A DNA stretch of 27,866 bases from a virus (lineage: Duplodnaviria > Caudoviricetes): positions 1 through 27,866 of the IMG/VR virus record IMGVR_UViG_3300047272_000506; one strand, written 5' to 3'. Below are positions 1 to 9,482 of this stretch, one piece after another. The notes under the pieces are model-generated. The model was not told where the DNA came from and searched no databases. It was given only the letters and a program-made list of their open reading frames with translations. Within the stretch, counting starts at the first letter, position 1; each line of letters opens with the position of its first letter. The position numbers and the translations under genes were made by a program.

Positions 1-967
1 CTGTTGCAACTTCTGCAACTTCAGATGATTTGTCAAAAAGATTGACGTTTGATTCATCTGCTGCTTCAGCAACTGGTGCTTCTTCAACTGGTGTCTCAAC
101 TTCTGGAGTAACTTCAGCTGGAGCTTCTACAACTGCTTCTGCAACTGCTTCAACATCTTTGCCTACATTAAGTTTTTCCATGTCATTACCTCCTTCTACG
201 TTTGCCTGTTTTGCTAATTGTGTTTCAGGCAACGGTAATCTTGACTTCTTAAATGAAGCAAGAATCTTATCTATTTCTTTTGATTTGTTCATATCAGAAC
301 TTTCTACCCAGCCTATTAGCGCTGCTGGCTTTCCTGATATTGGTGAGTCGAATGTCTTTTCTGTTGACATAAATACTGAGTCGCTATCTTCGCAATAAAA
401 AATATTTTCTGTTACAACCTGTGTTGCTAAACCTTTGTATACCATCTTTCCGCCGACCTTCTCAATAGAAAAAATGTTACATAGTTCGTTTGCTGGAGAA
501 TCTACAATAGACAACTCGATGAGATCATAGTCTTTGATAAAGCGAACTTGCTCTCCAGTTGCTTTGTTCATTTCGTTATCTGATTCATTAATCTTTCCGC
601 CGATTGAGAAACCAGAAAGAGTGCCGTCAAGAACTTTTTCCCAAGTATCTTGTGCACCCTTTGAAATGTATGAAGTTACATAAACTCCATTATAAAATGT
701 TTGTGACTTTTGGTCGTAGTATGTTTCTGGTCTGAATGAAACAACTTTACCAACTGCAAGAGGACCATGCATCTCACGAAGATTTCCTCTAAAATTTTCA
801 AAAGCTTTTAAGCTAGCTTCAGCTAGAACAACGTCGCCTGTTTGATCTATGTTATCTAGAGTTGCAAATCCAGACACGGTTCTATTCTCTCTGTTTACCT
901 TTGTGAAGGGAACAGATAAATGTAGGTTATCTCCATTGCTGGACCAGTGTGATTTTTCGATGTTCAT
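1..967 (-). CDS. Prohead (capsid maturation) protease, HK97/S78-like, with acidic C-terminal scaffold region; 3' end truncated by window edge
   Basis: Not in the ORF track. Hand translation from ATG at 967 gives MNIEKSHW...RTVSGFATLDNIDQTGDVV...LREMHGPLAVGKV...TWEKVLDGTLSGFSIGG...LIELSIVDSPAN, with the His (EMH), Ser (GFSIGG) and ELSIVDxPAN motifs of HK97-type proteases. No stop was found in frame. Lies directly downstream of the portal. Confidence 0.9.
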   Translation of the reverse strand, partial: MNIEKSHWSSNGDNLHLSVPFTKVNRENRTVSGFATLDNIDQTGDVVLAEASLKAFENFRGNLREMHGPLAVGKVVSFRPETYYDQKSQTFYNGVYVTSYISKGAQDTWEKVLDGTLSGFSIGGKINESDNEMNKATGEQVRFIKDYDLIELSIVDSPANELCNIFSIEKVGGKMVYKGLATQVVTENIFYCEDSDSVFMSTEKTFDSPISGKPAALIGWVESSDMNKSKEIDKILASFKKSRLPLPETQLAKQANVEGGNDMEKLNVGKDVEAVAEAVVEAPAEVTPEVETPVEEAPVAEAADESNVNLFDKSSEVAEVAT

Positions 968-974
968 ATGCTTA

Positions 975-1003
975 ATTTTATAGGTTTATCTACTCTAACG
1001 CAA
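975..1003 (-). promoter_or_regulatory. Sigma70-type promoter, probably giving a leaderless protease mRNA
   Basis: Minus strand TTGCGT-17 nt-TAAAAT, then 7 nt to the ATG at 967; no Shine-Dalgarno. Confidence 0.6.
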
Positions 1004-1020
1004 ATAGCAGTCGATTAAAC

Positions 1021-2610
1021 TTATTTGACTTTTGGACCATCGCCTTTCGAATTTCGCCCTTCCCCATTTTTGTCTGGGGCATTCTTGGCTCTTTCTTGGT
1101 CTCTGGACCTATTACCTGTAGATTTAGCATTTTGGTCTGCTGCCTGCTGAGGCTTTAATTCTACGACTTCATCGCCACCGTCACGAGGAATCATGTTTCT
1201 TCTAATTCTAACTTCGTTAGGTGTAATTACCTGCATTCTCAAATAGATCTCGTCGATCTGGCTTTGAGTAATTTCATCGGTAAGGCTTAATTCATTGAAC
1301 TTTAATTCAACAACATCAGTCTTTTCTGCAATTAAATAATTAAGCTTCTTTTCAAGTCTATCCTGAGCTGGTCTGCAAACCTGCTCTTTAAATGTCTTGT
1401 CTGCATCACGAGCATTTGCAAGAGACGCTCCTTCTGGCAAGCCAATTTTATTAATTGGGACACGGTGAGCAAGAAGGATTTCATCTCTATTTGTTTTACG
1501 ATAAATATTAAATGAAGACTCTTGTTCTCCAGCCTCAATAGGCTCCATCTTAAATTCTGTCTTTGAGTCTGGTGTATCTGCAGGCAAAGGAATATAAAGA
1601 GATCTATGGTTCTTACCCTTTAGTCCTACTTGGAAAAATTCAAGAAGCTTTCTTTCTGACTCTGGTGAAAGCTTTGCTCCCTTAACTGTAATGATATATC
1701 TTGGGACCGCCTTATTTTCAAAGTAGTCAAGGTTATATCGTCCAGCAAATTCATTACCTGCCAAAGCCTGCTGTGCCGCAATAATATCTGGCACTCCATA
1801 GTAGTTGTTATTTGGAGTGTACTTCTTCAAATGAATAATTTCATTTGGTCGATCTTCTTGTCCAGCAATTGGGCTTGGTGTTTCTAGGTCTCCAAAGTTT
1901 CTGAAGAATACTGCCTTGCCGTAAAGTAGCTGAATAAATCCATCACGGAATCTACGCACACGCATTGTCTTTGCTGGGATATGCCCAATATAACCAATGT
2001 CTCCTGCTGTAGTTCTTCCTATTTCAATATAGCCATTTCCTGTTGCTTCTAAATCTGTATATGCCTTAATAAGTGTTTCCGTAAATGACTCTTCTTCGTT
2101 GCAGTCATCGAGCCACTTATCTAGGTTTGTTTTAATTCTATTAATTTTTGCTCTTGCTCTATCAAGCTGCTTTGGATCTGTGATCTCGTCCATTGCATCT
2201 TTTGCTTTTGCTGTTTCTGTAAATGCATATCCTAGGCCAACAATGTTAGATACCTTTGCATTGATAGCAGCATAGTTATATGTGGAAACTTCATAAATGC
2301 GTGAAAGGTATTCGAGGTTATATGTTGGTTCAACTAGATCAAATAGTGCATATCCGCTAATTGCCTGCTGCAATAAATTTTGCTGAGTTCCAACTCCAGA
2401 CGTACCAACAAATGCTTTTGAGAAGTCTCTGTTGATCTTTCTCTTAAAGTTTGTGCCTAGACCCCTAAGCTTCTTTATATCTTCAAGGCCTATCTTAAAT
2501 GGGTCTTCGTGTTCTTCCGCCTTCTTAAAAGAAAACCAGTCGGAGGTGTTTGAAATATCGATTGTCTGAGATTGATCAGACTCAAAATCTTCTACGTATT
2601 CAGCTCTCAA
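1021..2610 (-). CDS. Phage portal protein
   Basis: 529 aa; DLEATGNGYIEI, EIIHLKKY...YYGVPDI, YFENKAVP, ILLAHRVP and ITPNEVR match HK97/PBSX-type portal motifs; TTG start overlaps the upstream TGA; upstream of the protease. Confidence 0.92.
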   Translation of the reverse strand: MRAEYVEDFESDQSQTIDISNTSDWFSFKKAEEHEDPFKIGLEDIKKLRGLGTNFKRKINRDFSKAFVGTSGVGTQQNLLQQAISGYALFDLVEPTYNLEYLSRIYEVSTYNYAAINAKVSNIVGLGYAFTETAKAKDAMDEITDPKQLDRARAKINRIKTNLDKWLDDCNEEESFTETLIKAYTDLEATGNGYIEIGRTTAGDIGYIGHIPAKTMRVRRFRDGFIQLLYGKAVFFRNFGDLETPSPIAGQEDRPNEIIHLKKYTPNNNYYGVPDIIAAQQALAGNEFAGRYNLDYFENKAVPRYIITVKGAKLSPESERKLLEFFQVGLKGKNHRSLYIPLPADTPDSKTEFKMEPIEAGEQESSFNIYRKTNRDEILLAHRVPINKIGLPEGASLANARDADKTFKEQVCRPAQDRLEKKLNYLIAEKTDVVELKFNELSLTDEITQSQIDEIYLRMQVITPNEVRIRRNMIPRDGGDEVVELKPQQAADQNAKSTGNRSRDQERAKNAPDKNGEGRNSKGDGPKVK

Positions 2611-2945
2611 TGTACTTTACCATCCCTAAGTAGTCCGTCTTTATAAACACCAATATCTAGAGGGTCTGGAGTTAATCCCCACTTCAATCTTTCGTGCTGA
2701 TGTTCAAACTCTTCATCATCAATCTTTCTTCTGCCAGAAAGAAACTTTGGCTGACCTTCATAAATACCATAGGACTGAACTTCTCTTGCAAGAGCATCTA
2801 TTCTAGACTTGTTGTCTTTCATTGATGTTATAGATAAGAAATTGCCATCATCATCGCCGATCCATCGGCCATCTGGCATCTCCCAGACGTATATGCCTAG
2901 TCTGGTTTCTTCTACGAACTTAGTATTTTTATTTAAGATTTCCAT
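2607..2945 (-). CDS. Hypothetical protein translationally coupled to the portal (112 aa)
   Basis: Start moved to the ATG at 2945 (MEILNKNTK) because the longer TTG start lies inside a promoter-like sequence; stop overlaps the portal start. Confidence 0.75.
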   Translation of the reverse strand: MEILNKNTKFVEETRLGIYVWEMPDGRWIGDDDGNFLSITSMKDNKSRIDALAREVQSYGIYEGQPKFLSGRRKIDDEEFEHQHERLKWGLTPDPLDIGVYKDGLLRDGKVH

Positions 2946-2955
2946 GATGTAACAT

Positions 2956-2984
2956 ATCATACCATTATTCTTGGCCAAAGTCCA
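2956..2984 (-). promoter_or_regulatory. Promoter for the hypothetical-portal operon
   Basis: TGGACT-17 nt-TATGAT with an extended -10 TG; 10 nt to ATG 2945; no SD. Confidence 0.55.
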
Positions 2985-3009
2985 GGAATTGTACCTTGGA
3001 TGTACCAGA

Positions 3010-4812
3010 TTATATAGATATTGCTTCTGGCTGTACAGAAATTACTATGTAAGGGGTGGATTCTGTACCGACAGTTGACTCTAATATAGAGAATGAGGTA
3101 TCAGAAATTGGCTCTGAATCAATCTCCTTATATAGTAAATAGTGCTTTGCTATCTGATATTCGGAAAGCTCGTAATCATATATGGCTAGATTGTTGTATG
3201 TATTTGGTCCGCCGCTTTTTGAGTCGGACTGATTCTGGTTAAACTTTAGCCCTTCGCCCACCGTGCCTGACAATACAATAATTATGTGGTGAGTTGCCCT
3301 TGGCACAAAAAACTCAGATATGTTCGTGGCTGAGGTTACATCAATGCCGTTTACATATATAGAGCTTACCCCAGACTTAGATATAACACCAGAGTTAGAC
3401 CACTCGTAAGCTGCTGATGGGGTTGAGAATAAAACATTTTCATTCATATCTGGAGTAAATAAAAGCTCTATGGTTTTTGTCGATAAATCTGAATTAACTG
3501 TAAATCCGTGACCATCCATCATTCTAAGACCATTATTGATGTTGTATGACAGGGCCTTCTTATTTGATATTGGCAAAGCATAATCATAGTCTGAAGAAAC
3601 AAAATATCCGAAATTGTCTGAGTAAAAATCTTTGTCATTAAAGAAATCTATAAATATTGATTTAAGAATTGGCAAGTGTAATGATGTGTCTGAAGATGAC
3701 ATTTCAACCTTGATGTATAGCACCTCAGCAAACTCATTTTCGTTTTTATTAAAGTATGGGAGAGGAAAGCCATTTGTGCACTCTGCCCAAGTATCTCCAT
3801 CTAAAGATACGCTAACTGATATGCCATCGGTATCTGATTCCCAATAGATCTGAGAGGTAGTTATTCCTAATGAGCTGGGCAAATTAATTGTATCTGTAAA
3901 AACAAAATCGCCTGCAAGAGATTCGTCAAAGTACAAATAAGAAGAGTCTCCTGATAGTTTAATTGAATCGTTAATTACATCGGTCCATCTAATTCTAGAA
4001 GGATAAGCATATCTGTGAACTGGCTTCATTAGCGAAGCGTTCATTGTGAACAGGTAGCCATTATCATTCTGCACTATCTGTAATGTATTAGTTTCTTTTG
4101 TTCCAGCTACATAGTGCTTTAGTATCTGCTCTCTAGACAAATTATATTTATAAAAAGCTACTGAGTCTATTATAAATGTAGAGCTGGTGGGTCCTGATGT
4201 GAATAACACTTCGTCGTTTGAAAACTTAAATGAATCAACAGGTTTAGCACTTACCTTATTTCCATTAACAAAAAGTGAAATTGTGTTAGAAGAAAATTGA
4301 CCAACTACGTGTATTGCCTCATTTGATGTTACCTTATATAAAACCTGATTTGATCCAACTTGAAATATTACGTTACCAGACTGATAAAAAATTCCAACGT
4401 TATTTACTGAATCTGAAACGATGCCTATTTTAGATGATGTATATTGTGGAAGCAATACCCATGCCTCTATATCAAACGAGTTGTCTGCGTAGTACTTGTT
4501 TGCCATACCCTTTACGTCATAGCTAATCATTGTTTCTGTCTCAACTAAAGTTCCTCTTACCCCTCCGCTTACAAGTGGCAAAAGCTCCATTGATGATGCA
4601 TTAATGGCATATCCATTATTTGCATTTCCAGAGTAGTCGTATATAGGCAATCCACTTAGTGCAGAGTAAGAGACTCCATTGTCTTTTAAATCTTGATATG
4701 TAGCAAAGAGATCTGTTAGGCTATCATAAGAACCAGCTAGACCAGACCTAACCTCATCTAATAAGAAAAATGATGATGGCTTATCTTGTAAGACTGTGTA
4801 TTTGTATGACAT
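3010..4812 (-). CDS. Virion/minor tail protein with LamG/concanavalin A-like beta-sandwich domain(s)
   Basis: 600 aa; DYSGNANNG, FDIEAWV, HVVGQF..ISLFVNG, IDSVAFYKYNLSREQILKHY; a second LAIYDYELSEYQIAKHY motif near the C-terminus. Confidence 0.7.
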   Translation of the reverse strand: MSYKYTVLQDKPSSFFLLDEVRSGLAGSYDSLTDLFATYQDLKDNGVSYSALSGLPIYDYSGNANNGYAINASSMELLPLVSGGVRGTLVETETMISYDVKGMANKYYADNSFDIEAWVLLPQYTSSKIGIVSDSVNNVGIFYQSGNVIFQVGSNQVLYKVTSNEAIHVVGQFSSNTISLFVNGNKVSAKPVDSFKFSNDEVLFTSGPTSSTFIIDSVAFYKYNLSREQILKHYVAGTKETNTLQIVQNDNGYLFTMNASLMKPVHRYAYPSRIRWTDVINDSIKLSGDSSYLYFDESLAGDFVFTDTINLPSSLGITTSQIYWESDTDGISVSVSLDGDTWAECTNGFPLPYFNKNENEFAEVLYIKVEMSSSDTSLHLPILKSIFIDFFNDKDFYSDNFGYFVSSDYDYALPISNKKALSYNINNGLRMMDGHGFTVNSDLSTKTIELLFTPDMNENVLFSTPSAAYEWSNSGVISKSGVSSIYVNGIDVTSATNISEFFVPRATHHIIIVLSGTVGEGLKFNQNQSDSKSGGPNTYNNLAIYDYELSEYQIAKHYLLYKEIDSEPISDTSFSILESTVGTESTPYIVISVQPEAISI

Positions 4813-4815
4813 GTC

Positions 4816-5967
4816 TTACGCCTCTTCTAGTGCTTTTACTCTCGCTGAAAGTTCTTGTACCGCTTTAATTAATGGTGAGACAAACTCTTCGTATCTAAGT
4901 GCCTGCTGTCCGTCTGGATCATTTACATCTGATATTACCCAGCCGCCGAAGTCGCTTACGCCTGCTTCATCTACTGCCTGCTTTACCTCTTGTGCAATTA
5001 AACCGTAGTGAGTTCTATCTCCGTCAATTTTAGTATACTTTACTGGATTCAAATTATTTATAAAATCTAATCCCAAGTCTGAACTAACAATATTTTCTTT
5101 TGTTCTTGAGTCAGAAATTACTGTTGCAGCATTATTTAAATAGATGTTTCTCCAGGCTCTTGTTGTTGAGCTTGTTCCACCGTCGATTGGACCAATAATT
5201 CCCAACGAATATGCGTTAGTTGAAAGAGGGAACCAGTTTGAGGAAACTCCGACTGAAGATGTGATTGTAGTATTTAAACCAATAATTGTTGAAATTGGAT
5301 TGAGTGAAGGTGTAGCTCCAGCTGGTCCCTGTGCTCCCTGTGCTCCTGCTGCGCCAGGTGCTCCGTCTGCTCCATTCTCACCTCTTGGTATCACAAAGTT
5401 TAAAAGAACATTGCTTGATGTTCCAGAGTTTGTTACCTGAGCTTCTGACCCAGGTAGTGACGTTGTAGTTGAAACAACTTGAATTGTTGCCGCTGCATCA
5501 CCTTTTGCACCAGTTGCTCCCGTAGCACCAGTTGACCCAGTTGGGCCAACCATGCTTGTTCCTGTTGTCCAAACACCAGCAGCTTTGGGTCCGAAAATAG
5601 TTTTTGAAGAAGTATTGATATAAAAATCTCCGTCTGAACCCACTTCTGATGCAGGATCAGATGTTCCATTAAGCACACTGTTTCCACCCATTGCAGTACC
5701 AGATCCCCAAGCTCCTGATACTCTTGGTCCAAATATTGCATTGCTTGTTGTGTTTATGTAGAAGTCTCCATCGACTCCATCTGAGGATGTCGGGTTAGAT
5801 GTGCCATTAAGTACGCTGGTTCCTCTTGGCCCCTGCTCACCCTGTGGTCCTGGATTAGCCTCAATAAAGGCAGAGATGTCCTCTGCAAGGACTCCTAGGT
5901 CTCTAGGGACGTCTGGTGAATCTGAATAGCTTGGAAATCTCCAGCCGTTTATACCTGTTGTACTCAT
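4816..5967 (-). CDS. Collagen-like tail fibre with C-terminal intramolecular chaperone (peptidase S74) domain
   Basis: Gly-X-Y tracts (GPQGEQGPRG; GPTGSTGATGATGAKGD; GENGADGAPGAAGAQGAQGPAG); SDSRTKENI...LNPVKY...GLIAQEV...LIKAVQEL coiled-coil end typical of S74 chaperones. Confidence 0.85.
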   Translation of the reverse strand: MSTTGINGWRFPSYSDSPDVPRDLGVLAEDISAFIEANPGPQGEQGPRGTSVLNGTSNPTSSDGVDGDFYINTTSNAIFGPRVSGAWGSGTAMGGNSVLNGTSDPASEVGSDGDFYINTSSKTIFGPKAAGVWTTGTSMVGPTGSTGATGATGAKGDAAATIQVVSTTTSLPGSEAQVTNSGTSSNVLLNFVIPRGENGADGAPGAAGAQGAQGPAGATPSLNPISTIIGLNTTITSSVGVSSNWFPLSTNAYSLGIIGPIDGGTSSTTRAWRNIYLNNAATVISDSRTKENIVSSDLGLDFINNLNPVKYTKIDGDRTHYGLIAQEVKQAVDEAGVSDFGGWVISDVNDPDGQQALRYEEFVSPLIKAVQELSARVKALEEA

Positions 5968-5973
5968 TTTTTA

Positions 5974-5982
5974 ATTATACCA
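5974..5982 (-). promoter_or_regulatory. Extended -10 promoter, leaderless tail-fibre transcript
   Basis: TGGTATAAT followed by 6 nt, then ATG at 5967. Confidence 0.6.
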
Positions 5983-5986
5983 CCTA

Positions 5987-6598
5987 TTAGTTTAATTTAC
6001 TTCTTTTGAACATGAATGCAGGACACATATATTTAAATCCTGAAATTATTGGGGTTGACTCGTGATAGTATGGCTTTACTGATGGAAACATAAGAAGACT
6101 ACCTGGCTCTGGCTTTAGCTGGATATTATGGTTTCTGAATATAACATCTCCGCCTTCAAAGTCGTCATTCAAATACAAAACAATTGATGCTGTAAGTCTT
6201 GCTTCGTCATCATCCTCTTCACAATCTATGTGTGGGCCCATTTGTCCACCTGGATGATACTTTCTTATTGTAATCTCATCTGGCAAAAAGCCTAAGTCTT
6301 TATCTGTTGATTCAGCATAATCATCAATGCACATTTGTATTGCATCATGTATCGTAGAAATAATTAAAAAAGACTCTTCATCAAATGATCCAGATAAGCC
6401 AGCTCTATAAGGCCCAGACTTGAACTCTCCGAATATATCATCTGGCCTTGTACTAGAAACCCATGGCTCCCAGTTACTTAAAGTTGGGTTGTCTTTAAAC
6501 TTTAAATCTAGCTCTTCAATTTTTTTAATAAAGGCAGAAGGATTTGGAATTAGCTGTTTATAGTAAAATATTCCATCTGCCAATACTTCTTTTATCAT
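5987..6598 (-). CDS. 2OG-Fe(II) oxygenase, prolyl 4-hydroxylase-like
   Basis: PHID (HxD), YLNDDFEGG, distal YHES, GFKY. Confidence 0.9.
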   Translation of the reverse strand: MIKEVLADGIFYYKQLIPNPSAFIKKIEELDLKFKDNPTLSNWEPWVSSTRPDDIFGEFKSGPYRAGLSGSFDEESFLIISTIHDAIQMCIDDYAESTDKDLGFLPDEITIRKYHPGGQMGPHIDCEEDDDEARLTASIVLYLNDDFEGGDVIFRNHNIQLKPEPGSLLMFPSVKPYYHESTPIISGFKYMCPAFMFKRSKLN

Positions 6599-7293
6599 TC
6601 TCTACCCTTTGGCATAGAAGGCTTTCCTTCTGGTGTTGCCCATTTTTTGTAAAGCTCTTCTTGCTCTGCTCTAACCTGCTTTAATTCATCTTCCCAAGCT
6701 TTCTTCTGCTCTTCCGTGTATACACAGCTAGCGTCATCCCAGAAAGATCCGATAGTGTATCTAATGCCACCCTTTACTGTAGTAACCATATGCTCTCTTG
6801 TGTGGCCTCCAGCAAATATAGCGCATAAACCAATCTCAGGTTTTATATCGATGCTTCCATCTTTAAACTTTAAGTGACCACCTTCAAAGTCGTCATTAAG
6901 GTAAATAAAGACAGCGTACTTACTTTTTTCAAAAGCTGTTGGATTCCCATGATCGTCTGAGTTATCTGAGTGATAGTCTGCAAACGCACCCTCAATCCAT
7001 CTTTGTGCATGGTAGCTAACCTCATTAACCTCAAACCCTAAAAGCTCTTCTGTCTTTGCCTTTATCTTTTCTTTTAGCTCTCCGAAGAAGTTAGGAGATA
7101 GGCCAAAAAGCTTAAGTCTATCATCTGATGGCCAGTACCCCATTGCTTGTGATCCGTAAAATGAAATCTCATTCCATTTTAAAACTTTGTTATCAACAAG
7201 GTAATCAAAGTATTTAATCACAGCTTGGCATGTCTCTGGATCAATAAAGTTTTCTACTAAAAAAAACTCATCTCTTATCTTTGGTGTACTCAT
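6595..7293 (-). CDS. 2OG-Fe(II) oxygenase, prolyl 4-hydroxylase-like
   Basis: YHSD, YLNDDFEGG, EHMV, GIRY; ATGA overlaps with neighbours. Confidence 0.9.
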   Translation of the reverse strand: MSTPKIRDEFFLVENFIDPETCQAVIKYFDYLVDNKVLKWNEISFYGSQAMGYWPSDDRLKLFGLSPNFFGELKEKIKAKTEELLGFEVNEVSYHAQRWIEGAFADYHSDNSDDHGNPTAFEKSKYAVFIYLNDDFEGGHLKFKDGSIDIKPEIGLCAIFAGGHTREHMVTTVKGGIRYTIGSFWDDASCVYTEEQKKAWEDELKQVRAEQEELYKKWATPEGKPSMPKGRE

Positions 7294-8078
7294 GACTCAT
7301 AACCTAAATGCTTTCTTTCAGAGTATCTCATGTTCTTTGGATTTTCTTTTTCAATTCTATCCCACTCCATCTTTGACCATCTGTATGCACCAAAATGTCT
7401 TTGATTAGCTAGCCATTCTGGAGTACCATCAAAAATGTGCTGAATGAAGTTACGAATAAAGAACTTCTCTCCGTTTTTAATTACTCTAACTCCATGGAAG
7501 TACGGCTCTGTAGATGGGAATACAAGGATATCTCCTGCTTTTGGCTTGTATGGATAATATACATCATCAATAACAAACTCAATATCTCCGCCCTCATAGT
7601 CATCGTTGATATATGTTGTGCATGTCAAAAGAAACTTTGGGCCTGGCATATCTCTTTCTGAAATAATATAATCAGTATGATACTGCATTGTCATTTCATT
7701 TTTCATCATGTCAATATTAGAATTATACTTAGAAAATGAAGAAGTCATGAGCTTAGATGTTGGTGGCATCTCTACATTATATCTATCTACATAATCTTCG
7801 ATTGCAGTGTTATATGCTTCGTATACACGGTCTGAAAGATGCTTCTCTTCATCATACATTGGGCCAAACTCTCTAGGCTCATTGTCGTCATGCTTTTGCT
7901 GTGAGTATGTTCCAAAAATAGACCACTGATCCCAAGTTCTTAAGTAGTACTTGCCTTCTGAAGTGCGCTCAGACCTTTTCATGATGTCATAAAGATTATC
8001 TGCGTCTGGCAGTAATCCTTGATAAATTCTTACATTTGGTAATAACTCAAATGATGTGTACTCGTGCTTACTTGTCAT
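7290..8078 (-). CDS. 2OG-Fe(II) oxygenase, prolyl 4-hydroxylase-like
   Basis: YHTD, YINDDYEGG, FHGV, GEKF. Confidence 0.9.
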   Translation of the reverse strand: MTSKHEYTSFELLPNVRIYQGLLPDADNLYDIMKRSERTSEGKYYLRTWDQWSIFGTYSQQKHDDNEPREFGPMYDEEKHLSDRVYEAYNTAIEDYVDRYNVEMPPTSKLMTSSFSKYNSNIDMMKNEMTMQYHTDYIISERDMPGPKFLLTCTTYINDDYEGGDIEFVIDDVYYPYKPKAGDILVFPSTEPYFHGVRVIKNGEKFFIRNFIQHIFDGTPEWLANQRHFGAYRWSKMEWDRIEKENPKNMRYSERKHLGYES

Positions 8079-8745
8079 CCTCTAACCCCAACTTTGTTAT
8101 TGTCCAGAAAAATGGGGCAGTATATCTAGTCCCACTTGTAACCTTTGTAACGCCATGAATATAGTTCTTATCCCCAGGGAAGAAGTATGCTGCTCTTGGC
8201 TTAGGCTTAAATTTAATATTTTGAAGCGGAAAGAATAATTCTCCGCCTTCATAGTCATCGTTAAGATAGAATACTGTTCCTAGATCGTACCATGGGAACT
8301 CGTTTGGTGTCCCAGCATCTGGTCCCTCATGAAGCTCTTTGTCGGCATGTGGGAACTGCATTGTGCCTACTGGCCACCTAACGATTGCAGCATCAGTTGG
8401 CTTTACTTCAACCTGAAATTTTTCTCTAATGTGAGGTGTCATTCTTTCAATTACACGGTCAAGAATTCTAACAACTTCTCCAGTAGGGTCTGCCTTTAAT
8501 AGAGTATTCATAGTTGCAACTCTATCTTCCCATACCCTGTGATCATAAATAATGCTTCCATTTTCATTCCACTGAGACTCAGTTACATCCCATATTGTAT
8601 TATTCTTTGCAAATGTAAGAAGGTAGTGCTGCTCTTCTGGAGTAACCATATCTTCTAGCTCAACAACATTATCTGGGGAATTACCAAAATATCCAGAAGG
8701 TGTTATTGTCTCTCTTGCGTATCGTGCTCTTTTAGTATATTCCAT
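8068..8745 (-). CDS. 2OG-Fe(II) oxygenase, prolyl 4-hydroxylase-like
   Basis: PHAD, YLNDDYEGG, IHGV, GTRY. Confidence 0.9.
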   Translation of the reverse strand: MEYTKRARYARETITPSGYFGNSPDNVVELEDMVTPEEQHYLLTFAKNNTIWDVTESQWNENGSIIYDHRVWEDRVATMNTLLKADPTGEVVRILDRVIERMTPHIREKFQVEVKPTDAAIVRWPVGTMQFPHADKELHEGPDAGTPNEFPWYDLGTVFYLNDDYEGGELFFPLQNIKFKPKPRAAYFFPGDKNYIHGVTKVTSGTRYTAPFFWTITKLGLEDDK

Positions 8746-8753
8746 TTGTCTAC

Positions 8754-9482
8754 CTATTCATATTTCTTAAGAGATCTAACGGTTTGCTTGTATGCACCGC
8801 CGTCTTTTGTTCTAAACTTTTTTGCCTGAGCATTGTGTCTTTCTTGCAAAGAAACTATGTCGTGAAATTTTGGCTCCATTTTCCAGTCTTCTCTTTTGTA
8901 TGGTATCAGTTGAAGGTATGGAGTTCCCTTTGGAACCTTGCCTTCAAAATCATCTCTTAAGAAAAATGGGATAAGGCCTGGAGTATTCATCTTATCATTA
9001 TCTATTATAGCAGAGGTGGTTATAAACGGTAAATCAAATCTATTAATAGGGTTTACATACAAAACGCTATATCCATCAGGAACTTCAGGGGCCCAGTTTG
9101 GATACCAGTGGAAATGGCTATCTAGATACCCATGTGGAACTGGAAACTCATTCATTGGTGCTCTAGATCCGACAAAGTCTTCATAGCCTGGTTCTGGAAT
9201 TGCTATGACATCTCCACTTTCTAGCTTTGTAAATACAATATCGCATGGAGTCACATAGAAATAGCCAGTTATAAATATATCAAGTAATCCTGGACAAGAC
9301 TTAAAGCTTCTTACTAGACCACCCTCTGCATTTGGCCAGTACTCTCCAGTCTGTTTATTTAGCTCAAACTTATCTGCTTTCTTAAACCACTCAGGTGTTA
9401 AATTTTTTGCTGGCTTAGGATGATAGTCTTCACTGATTATGTTATAAAGTCTATTAGAATGAAATGTTATCTTGTTACCCAT
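8754..9482 (-). CDS. DUF6065-like hypothetical protein (paralog of 12698..13429)
   Basis: KSCPGLLD..TGY...PCDI, PDGYSVLYVNPINRFDLPF, IIDNDK, PKGTPYLQLIPYKREDW. Confidence 0.6.
   Translation of the reverse strand: MGNKITFHSNRLYNIISEDYHPKPAKNLTPEWFKKADKFELNKQTGEYWPNAEGGLVRSFKSCPGLLDIFITGYFYVTPCDIVFTKLESGDVIAIPEPGYEDFVGSRAPMNEFPVPHGYLDSHFHWYPNWAPEVPDGYSVLYVNPINRFDLPFITTSAIIDNDKMNTPGLIPFFLRDDFEGKVPKGTPYLQLIPYKREDWKMEPKFHDIVSLQERHNAQAKKFRTKDGGAYKQTVRSLKKYE

Noticed and set aside
30-398. Plus-strand 122-aa ORF
   Set aside because: Antisense shadow of the protease/scaffold gene, whose motifs are clear on the minus strand
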